Source of the DNA: a virus
Virus record (IMG/VR): IMGVR_UViG_3300042292_000979
Strand: one strand, 5' to 3'
DNA: 64,000 nucleotides
Below are positions 1-10,217 of this stretch, in pieces. The notes below the pieces were generated by a model that was given only the letters and a program-made list of their open reading frames with translations, made no database searches and was not told where the DNA came from. Position numbers and translations under genes: made by a program. Each line of letters opens with the position of its first letter. The stretch's first letter is position 1.

Positions 1-409
1 AACAAAAAGTCCAAAGTGGTCGCCACCACCAAATATTATTGCGAAAGTATTCACCTTTTTCATTTTTAGGCTTAGTGCCAAATACATCCATCCCCATAAC
101 ATGCTCCTTTACTTTTCCCAATCGCTATCAAAATCGTTTTTAATATCATTCCAATTTTTTTTAATAACATATGTTACAGAAAAAACCATAGCTGATATTA
201 AAATAATTATTGGTCTAAAATCTGGTTCAAAAGGTCCAGGAAAAAGAATCGAAGAAATCATAACGTTTCTTTAACTAGCTCTTCATCAATCATAAGATGC
301 AATCTAATGTCTAAAAGAAGATCAGTCATCTCTGAAGATGAAACTAATTGCCTTCCTGATATTTGTTTAATTGCATTATCTATAAGATTTGTAATTTGTT
401 TTGTCATAG

Positions 410-482
410 CTGGCAAGGTAGGGTTCGAACCTACGACCCAGGGATTAACAGTCCCTTGCTCTGCCAACTGAGCTACTTGCCA
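410..482 (-). tRNA. tRNA-Asn(GTT)
   Basis: Minus strand TGGCAAG TAGCTCAGTTGGCAGAGC AAGGGA CTGTTAA TCCCT...GGTTCGAACC...CTTGCCA G forms a canonical cloverleaf; CCA not encoded. Confidence 0.95.
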
Positions 483-578
483 AAGTATTATTTGTTTTGT
501 TTTATGTCAGCAACTAATACAAGGAATAAACTAACAGCTATTAGACCTACAGGTATTCCAATCACTAACCTAATTATA

Positions 579-908
579 TCAAACCAATTCATTGTTAACC
601 TCTAGTTCAAGTGTGGCTTTACGCTTACGTTGCAATCTTCTAGCTACATTAATACCAGCATAACGAGGAAGACTGTAACCAGCAAGGTAACGTTCTTCTT
701 CATTTTCGCCACCCCAAATACCAAATTCAGTATTTTCTCTAGCGTGATCTTTACATAAATCTAAAACAGGACAAATAGCACAAAGTGTTTTAGCTCTTTG
801 TTCACGACGATCTCTGGCTTGTGGACGCTCAGCATCTTTAGGATAAAACAAATATGAATATCCTTTACAAGCTGCTTGTTGAGACCAAGAACCAATAGAT
901 GCTTTCAT
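579..908 (-). CDS. whiB: WhiB-family Fe-S transcription factor
   Basis: W..QAAC, LFYP, AK.LC..CPV...C four-Cys pattern and the GIWGG turn motif. Confidence 0.93.
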   Translation of the reverse strand: MKASIGSWSQQAACKGYSYLFYPKDAERPQARDRREQRAKTLCAICPVLDLCKDHARENTEFGIWGGENEEERYLAGYSLPRYAGINVARRLQRKRKATLELEVNNELV

Positions 909-1057
909 TTATTTTCCTATTCCGATAAGGAAAGCATTGCTGCTTTAAACTCTATACAAGAAACAACAACTGAAGCAATTGCTGCTATAATCGCTGCTAT
1001 AATAATAGCTAAATCCATAACCACTCCATTCAATGTTCGTTGGTGTTGTTTTGAATT

Positions 1058-1273
1058 TTACCAACGGGATTTAACAAGTTCTTCAGTTCCTTCAGAAACT
1101 TTATCTTTGTGAAATGGATCATGTAAAGTTCCCCGTATAGCTTCAGCAATATCGCTGCGAACAGAAGATAAAACACTAAAATAAGTTTGACCAAATCTCC
1201 AAGTATCTTTAAACTGATGATGGTATTTATCAACTCTTTCTAAAAACTCTTCATATGAAATATTTGTTTTCAC
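1058..1273 (-). CDS. hypothetical protein
   Basis: 71-aa ORF with WRFGQ..F and DPFH motifs, typical of small phage proteins. Confidence 0.7.
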   Translation of the reverse strand: MKTNISYEEFLERVDKYHHQFKDTWRFGQTYFSVLSSVRSDIAEAIRGTLHDPFHKDKVSEGTEELVKSRW

Positions 1274-1293
1274 AAAGATCCTTTGTTTAGTTG

Positions 1294-1378
1294 TGCCCGG
1301 GATCGGACTCGAACCGATACAGCACTTTCGTGCCAGGGGGGTTTAAGCCCCCCGCGTCTACCATTCCGCCACCTGGGC
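1294..1378 (-). tRNA. tRNA-Leu(TAA)
   Basis: GCCCAGG TGGCGGAATGGTAGACGC GGGGGG CTTAAAC CCCCC, long variable arm GGCACGAAAGTGCT, T-arm GGTTCGAGTCC; class II tRNA. Confidence 0.95.
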
Positions 1379-1384
1379 CTAAGA

Positions 1385-1624
1385 TTAACTTAGGTCAGCT
1401 GGTTCTAATATAACATCTTCTAAGGATCCAGATATGTTCATTAGTTTAACTAACTTATCTGACCACCTAGCAAGCTTGTCGATATCATTGATATCAAACT
1501 GTAGACCTGCAAGCTTTGCATTATCTACAGCATAAGCGTCTACTAGGTTTCTTAGTAGATCTCTTGTCTTAGAAAGATTAAGGGCATCATCGCTATTGCT
1601 ATTAAGCATTACTGAATATGACAT
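1385..1624 (-). CDS. hypothetical protein
   Basis: ORF with GGAG RBS, in operon orientation. Confidence 0.65.
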   Translation of the reverse strand: MSYSVMLNSNSDDALNLSKTRDLLRNLVDAYAVDNAKLAGLQFDINDIDKLARWSDKLVKLMNISGSLEDVILEPADLS

Positions 1625-1665
1625 AATATGTCTCCGTACTTATATAGGTATTCTGTTGCTTTGTA

Positions 1666-1923
1666 TTAATTAGATGCTACATTTACACGAGCGTTAGTTT
1701 CATAACGCACGGTAAAAACATTTTGATCTACATCAATTACTGTAAGATACCACATATTATCATGAAACGAAATTTCAGATATTTTAAGTTTTTCAGCGTT
1801 GCGATTATTACCAAGGTACAATGATTCACCGGCAAATATATTACTTACTGCCATTGACGTACCATAATAATTCTGTGGCATTGATGGTTGATCGATTACT
1901 TTAGGAGCTTTAATAGTGCTCAT
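1666..1923 (-). CDS. hypothetical protein
   Basis: ORF with AAGGA RBS. Confidence 0.65.
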   Translation of the reverse strand: MSTIKAPKVIDQPSMPQNYYGTSMAVSNIFAGESLYLGNNRNAEKLKISEISFHDNMWYLTVIDVDQNVFTVRYETNARVNVASN

Positions 1924-2016
1924 GTATTTTCCTTATGTTTGTATTTGATTAAATAGAAAAGATAGCAATTATTGCTAAAATAATTACTGTTCCAATAAAA
2001 GGTAACGCAAAAATCA

Positions 2017-2286
2017 TTATAGGCCTATCACATATCCGCACCATAATAGATCATCTCGATACTGTTGAGTAGGACCATTTGATCTAGCAAATGCTGTAAA
2101 GTTTTTGAAGTTGTTTTGAGTAGCTGCAACAAAACAATCACAAGATTTAGAATATGGATCTTCACCCATTTCCTCAACACAAAATGCTTGTCTTATACCT
2201 TCTATTCTTCTTTGTGACCAAGGTTCACCTAAAGAACAAGAAGCTAACAGCAGGCATATAGTAGGTATTAAAATATACTTTTTCAT
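2017..2286 (-). CDS. putative lipoprotein
   Basis: MKKYILIPTICLLLASC signal peptide with LASC lipobox. Confidence 0.7.
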   Translation of the reverse strand: MKKYILIPTICLLLASCSLGEPWSQRRIEGIRQAFCVEEMGEDPYSKSCDCFVAATQNNFKNFTAFARSNGPTQQYRDDLLWCGYVIGL

Positions 2287-2292
2287 AAAGTC

Positions 2293-2463
2293 CTAAAAAC
2301 AAGTGTCACAAGTACAGTGGTTATGATGGCCTGATTGGCACCTAGGAGACGCTGTGTGAGGCGGAAAGAAGCCAGTAGGCTTATCATACTCTAGGTCACA
2401 ATAAGTGCATTCACCTTTAGGCATTTGTTTAATGTAAGGTTGTGCTTCAGGTTGTGTTATATT
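2293..2463 (-). CDS. small Cys/His-rich (Zn-binding) protein; start approximate
   Basis: CTYC...PPH.ASPRC.SG...HCTCDTCF. Confidence 0.6.
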   Translation of the reverse strand, partial: NITQPEAQPYIKQMPKGECTYCDLEYDKPTGFFPPHTASPRCQSGHHNHCTCDTCF

Positions 2464-2809
2464 CATTTTATTGCTTGCCACCATTCATCTTCAATATTAG
2501 GATTAGAATTAGGTATTTGATTCTCTAATAAACGATCTTCAAAAGAAGTAAAAAATGCTTTACCGCGCAATGCCCAGTATGCTGCTTCAAGTCTACCGTC
2601 ACCCCATAAGCGATTCATCTTATATAAAGAAATAAAATCTTTCTTGTTCATGATAAATCCTTATAGTTTCCGTCTTTTGTTTCTTTTAAACCTGTGTAAA
2701 TAATAACTTGACCTTCATTATCTTCACCAAATGAAGAAGTAGGAATAAGTTTTTCTAATTTTTTACGCAACTTTTTACCATTTATTTTACGCATATAATC
2801 TCCTTTTAG

Positions 2810-2882
<73 letters not shown>

Positions 2883-2894
2883 CTAGATTTTATA

Positions 2895-3269
2895 TTAATT
2901 TTTAATTCTAAATTGAACATCTTTATTTTCTTTTATTACATCCATAAGTTGATTTGAATTTTTATGTTCCTTAATATCGAGTTCACGTTGTCTAAGCATA
3001 TAGTCACGTTCTTCTTTGGTAACAGTCATCATAAAATCTCTATCTTTAATAGAGTTATCATATTCAAGTTGCTTAAGTTTAATTTCATAATCTTGATCCA
3101 TTTGAGTTTTTGAAAGTTCATAAACTTTATAACTATCTAGTGCAGAATTATGTGTAAATTCCATAAGTTTAAATTTTTTTTTATCATTTAAGTTTTTAAA
3201 TACAAGTATTAAAATTGAAAATGATAAAATAATCAATGAACCTAAATATATTATTGTTGCTTGTTCCAT
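2895..3269 (-). CDS. membrane-anchored coiled-coil protein
   Basis: N-terminal TM helix followed by a charged helical tail. Confidence 0.65.
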   Translation of the reverse strand: MEQATIIYLGSLIILSFSILILVFKNLNDKKKFKLMEFTHNSALDSYKVYELSKTQMDQDYEIKLKQLEYDNSIKDRDFMMTVTKEERDYMLRQRELDIKEHKNSNQLMDVIKENKDVQFRIKN

Positions 3270-3270
3270 T

Positions 3271-4152
3271 TTAATTTTCCTTTTCTTTCTTAGTTTTAAA
3301 AATTAATAAATGTTGAAGATACTCTTTAGCATTAAAAAGATCTTCATCAACAGAAAGATTAGTGGTTAAAAATCTTTCTTGAAAATAGTTTTGATCAAAT
3401 CTGCTAAAAGATATTCTATCTGATGAAGTAAATAAAATATAAAGTTTGCTTATTTCAGCTCTTACGTTAGCTAAATTTACAAATTTAATATAATCAGTAG
3501 TATATTTAATATTTTCCCAATTGTAAACTTTAGAAAAAAAAACAGGATAAAAAGAATAATTATCATATTGATTGATAAGTTTAAAATTAAATATTAAAGA
3601 AAGATTAGATGACTTTAAATAGTTAAAATAAGATTTTATTTGATTAAGATAAGATGGACATATAATTTGATAATGTATATATTGATCATTGTCGTAATAA
3701 TAACCTCTTGAGTTTATTGAACGACGAACACCTTCATCAGCCCAAGCATCAAAAGTATTTCGAATTTGATATTGTTTAAAAAATCTTTTAAACAACATAT
3801 ATATTACAAAAAATACTCCAACAACAATTAAAGGCCAAACAGCAGCAAAGAGACCAGCAGAGAGAGCAGCAAATGGAAAATAAATAAATACCCAAAGAAT
3901 TAATGGTACAACTCCTTCTCCATTAAACCCTGGAACAGGAGTCAATAAAAATATAAGTATTAAATTAAAAATAAAAATATTTTTATTATCACTTAAAGTA
4001 GAAACTATTAACAAAAAAGGTATATAACTATAAACAAGAAATAAAAAAAAGAAAGAATAAAATTTATAAAATTTAGGTTTTGCTAATTTAAATTTAGAAA
4101 TTGTATACCAATAACGATTAAATAAATCTATAAAAATATTTTTAATTAACAT
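3271..4152 (-). CDS. multi-pass membrane protein, very AT-rich (likely start MLIKN)
   Basis: Several hydrophobic helices in the N-terminal half. Confidence 0.65.
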   Translation of the reverse strand: MLIKNIFIDLFNRYWYTISKFKLAKPKFYKFYSFFFLFLVYSYIPFLLIVSTLSDNKNIFIFNLILIFLLTPVPGFNGEGVVPLILWVFIYFPFAALSAGLFAAVWPLIVVGVFFVIYMLFKRFFKQYQIRNTFDAWADEGVRRSINSRGYYYDNDQYIHYQIICPSYLNQIKSYFNYLKSSNLSLIFNFKLINQYDNYSFYPVFFSKVYNWENIKYTTDYIKFVNLANVRAEISKLYILFTSSDRISFSRFDQNYFQERFLTTNLSVDEDLFNAKEYLQHLLIFKTKKEKEN

Positions 4153-4180
4153 AATTATTTTTACTTTCGAATAATTGCCC

Positions 4181-4600
4181 TTAGTTGTTGTAGTTTGGCA
4201 AGAAATCAATAGCATAATCTAATGCTTCGACATAACCGTCCCAGTAGTAATAATCACTACTGCCATCAGCTTCTGCTAGTGATCTTTGAGCTTCTGCCAT
4301 TAAAGTTTTTTGAGAAATTACATTTACATAATCATGAATTTCGTCAAAAGAATTAGATAAAGGTTTATCATAAGAACTTTGTACAACTTTACGAAGTGTT
4401 TCAATTGATTCTTTTAAAACAATCGCATCATAATCACTATTGGTCATAGATGCATGTTTTATTTTATCTATTAAATCAAGCGTAACACTTTTAGTAGTAG
4501 GTATAATCTCAGCGTGATTGTGCAACATGCATTGTTCAGATTCTTCAAACCAAGATATTACATTGGGTATGTTAACATTAATGTTTTTAGGTTCTGACAT
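4181..4600 (-). CDS. hypothetical protein
   Basis: GGAGG RBS; shares a YWDGY..AL motif with the ORF at 5003..5311. Confidence 0.7.
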   Translation of the reverse strand: MSEPKNINVNIPNVISWFEESEQCMLHNHAEIIPTTKSVTLDLIDKIKHASMTNSDYDAIVLKESIETLRKVVQSSYDKPLSNSFDEIHDYVNVISQKTLMAEAQRSLAEADGSSDYYYWDGYVEALDYAIDFLPNYNN

Positions 4601-4678
4601 AACGATGGCTCCTATCTATTTTAGAGATACTACTGATTAGTAGGTTCACGTAACGTGATAGTATGATACTATATAAGT

Positions 4679-4843
4679 ATGATAATAACACTCTTAATCC
4701 TCATCACAATAGCGACAATATTTCATAAATTTGTTATGAAAGCAGTAAACAATTACCATTATGACAGTACGCCAAAAAGATACGAAGATCGTGTTGGGCA
4801 AATGTACTGGGATGCAATTAAAGAACCACGTAGATTTAATTAA
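4679..4843 (+). CDS. small single-TM protein (54 aa), opposite to local orientation, apparently leaderless
   Basis: MIITLLILITIATIFHKFVMK...RRFN*; preceded by TACTATATAAGT, the same sequence found upstream of the late gene at 34938. Confidence 0.55.
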   Translation: MIITLLILITIATIFHKFVMKAVNNYHYDSTPKRYEDRVGQMYWDAIKEPRRFN

Positions 4844-5210
4844 TATTTAAACCAATTGTATTCGTTTATATAAACAGGTCTCATCCAAGGATTATATCTT
4901 TTGTATAATTCATGCATCAGTTGTTTATATTTAACAATTGCTTCTACATATCCAATTTCATCTTGCTCTTTATAAAATAAATCTAATATTTTATTACGAG
5001 CCTCAAGAGGTGGTGGGATTATCTGACGAAGTTGGGCTTTGTCTGGCTTGTAAGATTTCTTCACACTCTTCCTCTTCATCTGGCAATACATGAACTATAG
5101 ATTCTAAAGCACTAATGTAGCCATCCCAATAACGAACAGTTGAAGTATCATTTTCTAATACTTCAGATCGTCTTGTTCTAGCGTGTTGAATATTGCGAAA
5201 AACTAATGAC

Positions 5211-5558
5211 TTAAGCAATCTCATTAGCTTCGTCCATGCCCTTAAAGTAACTTTGCAAAGTTGAATAAACAGCTTGCCAATCAGGATCAATATTTGCTGC
5301 AAAAGTTTCAATCTCTAACATCATCTTGTCTTTTAATCCAAGCTGAGCAAGCTCATAAAACATATCATAAAAAGCAGGATCAGTTACGCTAAATAAATGA
5401 TCTCGTGTAGTTAAAGGATTTTTAACACGAATATGTTCAGCTTTATACATAGGAGTAAGAATATTGTAATGAGAAGTCATTGCTGATTGAATAGCAATTT
5501 CATCTGGAGTACGCTTATCTGCAATTGCTATTTTATTTTGCTTTTTTAATGGGGGCAT
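5211..5558 (-). CDS. hypothetical protein
   Basis: 115-aa ORF with GGAG RBS. Confidence 0.65.
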   Translation of the reverse strand: MPPLKKQNKIAIADKRTPDEIAIQSAMTSHYNILTPMYKAEHIRVKNPLTTRDHLFSVTDPAFYDMFYELAQLGLKDKMMLEIETFAANIDPDWQAVYSTLQSYFKGMDEANEIA

Positions 5559-5581
5559 AGTAGAATCTCCTACTTAATTGG

Positions 5582-6384
5582 TTATTTTATTTTGGTTAAA
5601 ACTTTTTTTGCTTTGTTACTTTTAATGACCTTAGGTTTAATGAACTTAGGTTTAATAACCTTAGGCTTACTAATAGAACTAATTAATTCTTCTGATAAAA
5701 CAAATGAGGCGTATGCTGAAGAGACGTTTACAGTTTCGACAACTGTTGTTGTGGTTGTTGTGGGAACTGTATACGGTTCTGTATTATGCACTATTGGCTG
5801 TGGTTGCGATTGTACTGGTTCTGGCTGGGTTGTTTGCGGTGATTGAGATACCTGTGTTGGTGCTACAACTTCTGGCAATGTTGTTGTAGGCGCAACAGTT
5901 GTAGTAGTAGTTATAGGCGTAACTGCAATAGTTGTAGTAGGTGCAATTGTAGTAGTTGTAACTACTTCTTCTACTTGAGTTGTGCCATCACAAGCAATCG
6001 CGCAATCACCATTAGTAGTTACTGGATTGCCAGGTACATTAAAGTGAGATTTAATAGTAGCCAATCCAGTAGAGGCACTAAACGATTGATCAGTCCATAC
6101 GGCGATAATAATAGAAGGCCGATAACCATTGCCCCCGGAACCAATACTAAAGCCGATACCTGGGTTTGAAGACATACTTTGGGCATTACCTAGTATAGCA
6201 CCAATGGCAGCATGACCGCCATTACCGTGACTAATAAGCTGTTCGTATGCAGCAGTACCAATATCAGTATCTTTTATTTCTATAAGAATAGGCTCTTGAT
6301 TATTAGCAAGTGAAATTGCTGGAAAAGATAAAGAACCAATTAACAAGGCTGTTGTAATTAAAGATAGTTTAATTTTATTTTTCA
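5582..6384 (-). CDS. secreted/surface Thr-Pro-rich protein
   Basis: Signal peptide (MKNKIKLSLITTALL...ALA), TTTTIAPTTT low-complexity linker, KPKVI repeats at the C-terminus. Confidence 0.75.
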
Positions 6385-6596
6385 TTTTAGTTTTCCTAAC
6401 ATAAATTGATCGATTGGTATAGGCCATAAATCTTTAGACTGAACATCAGAACCAAAGAATTGTTTAACAGCTTCATCATATCCGCAGAATGAACATATCT
6501 CTGTTTTATTATCTGCTCTTGACATAGCTCCAGGATATGCACCTGGCGCATCATTAGTAGGTATTAAATTTAAAGTACAACGTGGGCATAACATTA

Positions 6597-6974
6597 TTAC
6601 ATAATCTCCCATGATTCAGCATCGTCTGAAGCTAAATAGGTTATGGTGCTTGAGCCAATTGATTCAGCTTTCCACGCATATTGACAGCATGGTTTTTCAT
6701 TTGGACCGTTTGGGCTGTGTCCACCTTTACCTACTAGCACACTGAGTAAAGGAAAAGTATCTAAAAACTTTACAATGCAGTCGTGACATAATCTTACTAT
6801 TTGTTCTGGGTCACCGATTGGATCTGTAAAGCCGGCATAATATCCGAAATTATTAATATTGAATACCCATCCATTATCTGGAAGTTCTTTTTGAGTATGA
6901 TGAGGAGCCATAGATCCACAACCATGACACATGTGAAAGCCATGACGAGGATAATCTGATGGATATTCATTCAT
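6597..6974 (-). CDS. Cys-rich hypothetical protein
   Basis: CHGC and LCHDC motifs. Confidence 0.65.
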   Translation of the reverse strand: MNEYPSDYPRHGFHMCHGCGSMAPHHTQKELPDNGWVFNINNFGYYAGFTDPIGDPEQIVRLCHDCIVKFLDTFPLLSVLVGKGGHSPNGPNEKPCCQYAWKAESIGSSTITYLASDDAESWEIM

Positions 6975-6980
6975 GAGAAT

Positions 6981-8660
6981 TTACCACCTTTTGTTTTGTT
7001 TAATTTTATTTTCAAGCCAAGCTGGTCTTTTATTCTCAGGTCTTTCCATCCATTTAGAAATAATTTGACTAGCCATACCTTTGGTCATTGTATTAGTGAT
7101 TGGTACACCAATTCTTTTAAGAAGTTTTTGTTGCTTGTCCGTTGGAGCATCTGCTCTCCAAACAGCTGTTGCATCTATCAATGGAAGAGATGTAGATCTA
7201 TTTTCCATAATCCATTTGTCAGCACCAGCAAAGACAGATCTCATACTTTGACCGCGACCAATAACATGAATATTTACATTAGCACCTGAACGAATGTGGC
7301 ATTCAGCTGTCCATCTTCCAAGAGTGTCGCAATAAATATGAAAAGATTCAAAACTATTAGTGTTCAAATAGAATCTATCTTCTCCAACTTCAGACCAGAT
7401 GAATGTAGAATATTCAAGCACAGCTGGGTTCGGAGGTGGAGGCATAAACAAATCAATTCTTTTGTATGCATTTGTGATGTCTTCCATGTTAAGAACACTA
7501 GAAGCTTCACCAGGAGCAGTCTCTTTAAGCTTTTCAAATTCATCAGCAATGTCAGTTAATGATTGACCTTGCAAATCAAATTCAGCTGGCATACCTAAAA
7601 GAGTAGGTAAACCAATAGGCTTTTTACCTCTAGTGGTATCTGCAATATCAATAATCATGCAGTGTTCTTTACCTTCAAATAAACGTGTACCACGTCCTAC
7701 AATTTGAGTATAAAGAAGAGATGATCTAGTAGGCTTAGCTAAGATAATAGCTTCAATACTTGGCTCATCAAAGCCTTCAGTTAATACTCCTACGTTAACG
7801 AGAACGGTTACCGCGCCAGATTTGAAGTCCGACAGTATTTGTCGGCGTTCCTCCTCTGGAGTTGTACCTATTATTACTCGTACCGAGGACCCGTTTTTTC
7901 TAAAGGCTTCTTCAAGGTGTCCTGCGTGATCGACTCCAGCGGCGAAAACGACGGTTTTCTTAGCATTCGCCAAATCGTTATAGGCAGTAACAATACTGTT
8001 GTTACGACCAGGATTATCAATAGCTTCAATGAGTTGGTCTTGTTTATATTCGCCATTTTGTATCTCCACATCTGAAATATCGGTTGATGTTTTTACTCTG
8101 TATCCAACTAAAGGGCTAAGCCAGCCTTCTTTAATTAAATCCTGTATAGACTTATAGTATACGATCTCTTGAAAGACATCAATAAGTCTAACAGAGTCTG
8201 ATCGTTGAGGAGTTGCTGTAACGCCTAATAAAAGTTCAGGTGTAAAATAATCTAATATCCTACGGTATGATGGCGCTGCAGCATGATGAGCTTCATCAAC
8301 TACAATAGTTTTAAAATAATTTTTAGGATACTTTTCAATACGAGAAGAAGATTCTCTACCAAGAGTTGGAACAGAAGCAACAACAACATCTACATAACCA
8401 GCCTTATTATCAGCTTGTTCAATGCCTACAGATAAATCTTTGTTGATTGTTTCAATCTTATCTTTAGCTTGAATTAAAAGTTCAGACCTATGAGCAAGCA
8501 CTAGCATTGGCAATGATTCTTTGCGAATAATTGGAAGCTGTGCAAACAGTACAGTTTTACCTGCACCTGTTGGCAAAACAATTAACTGTTTGTTAATACC
8601 ATTTGATTCAGCTTCAAGCATTGAAGCAAGAGCTTCTTGTTGATAAGGTCTTAGTTCCAC
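6981..8660 (-). CDS. superfamily 2 DEAH-box helicase
   Basis: LRPYQ, PTGAGKT (Walker A), DEAHH, TATP, LTEGFD, QIVGRGTR motifs. Confidence 0.95.
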   Translation of the reverse strand: MELRPYQQEALASMLEAESNGINKQLIVLPTGAGKTVLFAQLPIIRKESLPMLVLAHRSELLIQAKDKIETINKDLSVGIEQADNKAGYVDVVVASVPTLGRESSSRIEKYPKNYFKTIVVDEAHHAAAPSYRRILDYFTPELLLGVTATPQRSDSVRLIDVFQEIVYYKSIQDLIKEGWLSPLVGYRVKTSTDISDVEIQNGEYKQDQLIEAIDNPGRNNSIVTAYNDLANAKKTVVFAAGVDHAGHLEEAFRKNGSSVRVIIGTTPEEERRQILSDFKSGAVTVLVNVGVLTEGFDEPSIEAIILAKPTRSSLLYTQIVGRGTRLFEGKEHCMIIDIADTTRGKKPIGLPTLLGMPAEFDLQGQSLTDIADEFEKLKETAPGEASSVLNMEDITNAYKRIDLFMPPPPNPAVLEYSTFIWSEVGEDRFYLNTNSFESFHIYCDTLGRWTAECHIRSGANVNIHVIGRGQSMRSVFAGADKWIMENRSTSLPLIDATAVWRADAPTDKQQKLLKRIGVPITNTMTKGMASQIISKWMERPENKRPAWLENKIKQNKRW

Positions 8661-8834
8661 AATAGTCTTTCGTTAAAAATCGAATGTATCGGAATACCAA
8701 ACTTCTTCTTTAGTAGAAGAAAATAATTTATCATAAGGGTCTTCGTTAGAGACAACAACGTTTTTAAGTTTAGTTTCTTTGTCAAACATATAAACTTCTT
8801 TTATATTGTTTGTTTTTTCTTTTTTAAGTTTCAT

Positions 8835-9473
8835 TTAAAGTTCTACCTTAGTAACTCTTTGAGCATACGATTGATCGGGAAAAGTAAAATTATAACCTTT
8901 AAAGTTATAGAAGTTTAACAGTTGAGCTGGAGTAAATAAAGGACCATCTAAATGAGTCATCAAATAAAATAGTTCAGCAATTTCACCTTGATAAGATTCA
9001 GATGGATCTCCATCAGCTAAGCTTGTTAATTGGAATTTATCTATATCCCAAACAACATTGCCATCAATGATTTCATAAGGCATGATTAACATACCTGAAG
9101 AATCATTTGAAGCAAAGGTTAAACTGAGAGCATCTACAGGCCCTGACTTTTTAGTATCTGGATTATCTTGAGAGTAAACTGTTTGACGAATGTCCATAGC
9201 AAAAATAAAACTATGAGCATCTGTAGCAGAAAAGAATTGAAGCATCTCATTAAGAGATTTGTACATATCATCTTTATCTTTATAATCTCTGCATTGAATA
9301 GTTATTTCTATATTTTCTAAATCTTTAAATATTGTTAGCATAGGTGCAAAGCTATCTGATCCAGCTTGTTGTACAGTTTGTTCAAAAGTAGAAACAAAAG
9401 CATCTACATGTTTATCTGGATTTTTAACAAATTCTTTTAATGGACTAAGATCAATATTTTTTACTGTAAACAT
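8835..9473 (-). CDS. hypothetical protein (likely start MFTVK)
   Basis: Long ORF; the N-terminal extension in the ORF track overlaps the upstream gene. Confidence 0.65.
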   Translation of the reverse strand: MFTVKNIDLSPLKEFVKNPDKHVDAFVSTFEQTVQQAGSDSFAPMLTIFKDLENIEITIQCRDYKDKDDMYKSLNEMLQFFSATDAHSFIFAMDIRQTVYSQDNPDTKKSGPVDALSLTFASNDSSGMLIMPYEIIDGNVVWDIDKFQLTSLADGDPSESYQGEIAELFYLMTHLDGPLFTPAQLLNFYNFKGYNFTFPDQSYAQRVTKVEL

Positions 9474-9704
9474 AAGTTTCCTTAAAATAGTTCTTGAACA
9501 GTTCCAACCACTGCGTATGTATGATAAGCAATTAAAAGCAATACGGCTAATGATAGGAGGTATTGAGTTGATAATACTAATACGATAAAAGTAAAAAGAT
9601 CTACAACTAGACCAGCAGCCCAATGAGAAACTAGTGCAAAGACTTTAGTTTCTTTTCGCTTTAAAGATTCTTTAATAGAACTAAAAGAATAATTAAAATT
9701 ATTA

Positions 9705-10181
9705 TCAAACGTAAAATTGGTTATTGTTTTCATTTTTTAATTTTACTTTCGGATAGACATTTAGTAATGCATCGGCTAAAGCTCCGGTACCGGAGTTGTC
9801 GTAGACTGGTTCTTTTCCTTCAATTTTTATAACAGAATGTATATCTCTTTCGTTTGTAATAATACAAACAAGAAACACACGAGTTCTATCTGGATGTTGA
9901 GATGGAGGAGTATCTAAGTCTTCACTTGAACCTAATGGGGCAGCCCAACCTTGAGTTGTAACTGCAATGGCATCCCAAATTAATCCAGAACTATCTTTAG
10001 AAATTTTTTCAAGAACTTCATAAATGTCTTTAGATTTATTAATTTGAAGATGACTAATAGGTTCAGTGTTATCTTCATCAATATTTAAACCATATGCATA
10101 AGCATAATCTGATTCACCTTTGTGAATTAATTTAAATATTTCAAGAGCACTTGATTCATTGATCATGATATAATCTTTCAT
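9705..10181 (-). CDS. hypothetical protein
   Basis: GWAAP...PPSQHPDRTRV...G.GALADAL pattern. Confidence 0.7.
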   Translation of the reverse strand: MKDYIMINESSALEIFKLIHKGESDYAYAYGLNIDEDNTEPISHLQINKSKDIYEVLEKISKDSSGLIWDAIAVTTQGWAAPLGSSEDLDTPPSQHPDRTRVFLVCIITNERDIHSVIKIEGKEPVYDNSGTGALADALLNVYPKVKLKNENNNQFYV

Positions 10182-10217
10182 TAAGAAGAATGTGTCTTAT
10201 ATTTTGCATAAGATATA

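Noticed and set aside
258-467. 69-aa ORF as given in the track
   Set aside because: Its 5' part overlaps tRNA-Asn; the real start is probably ATG at 407.
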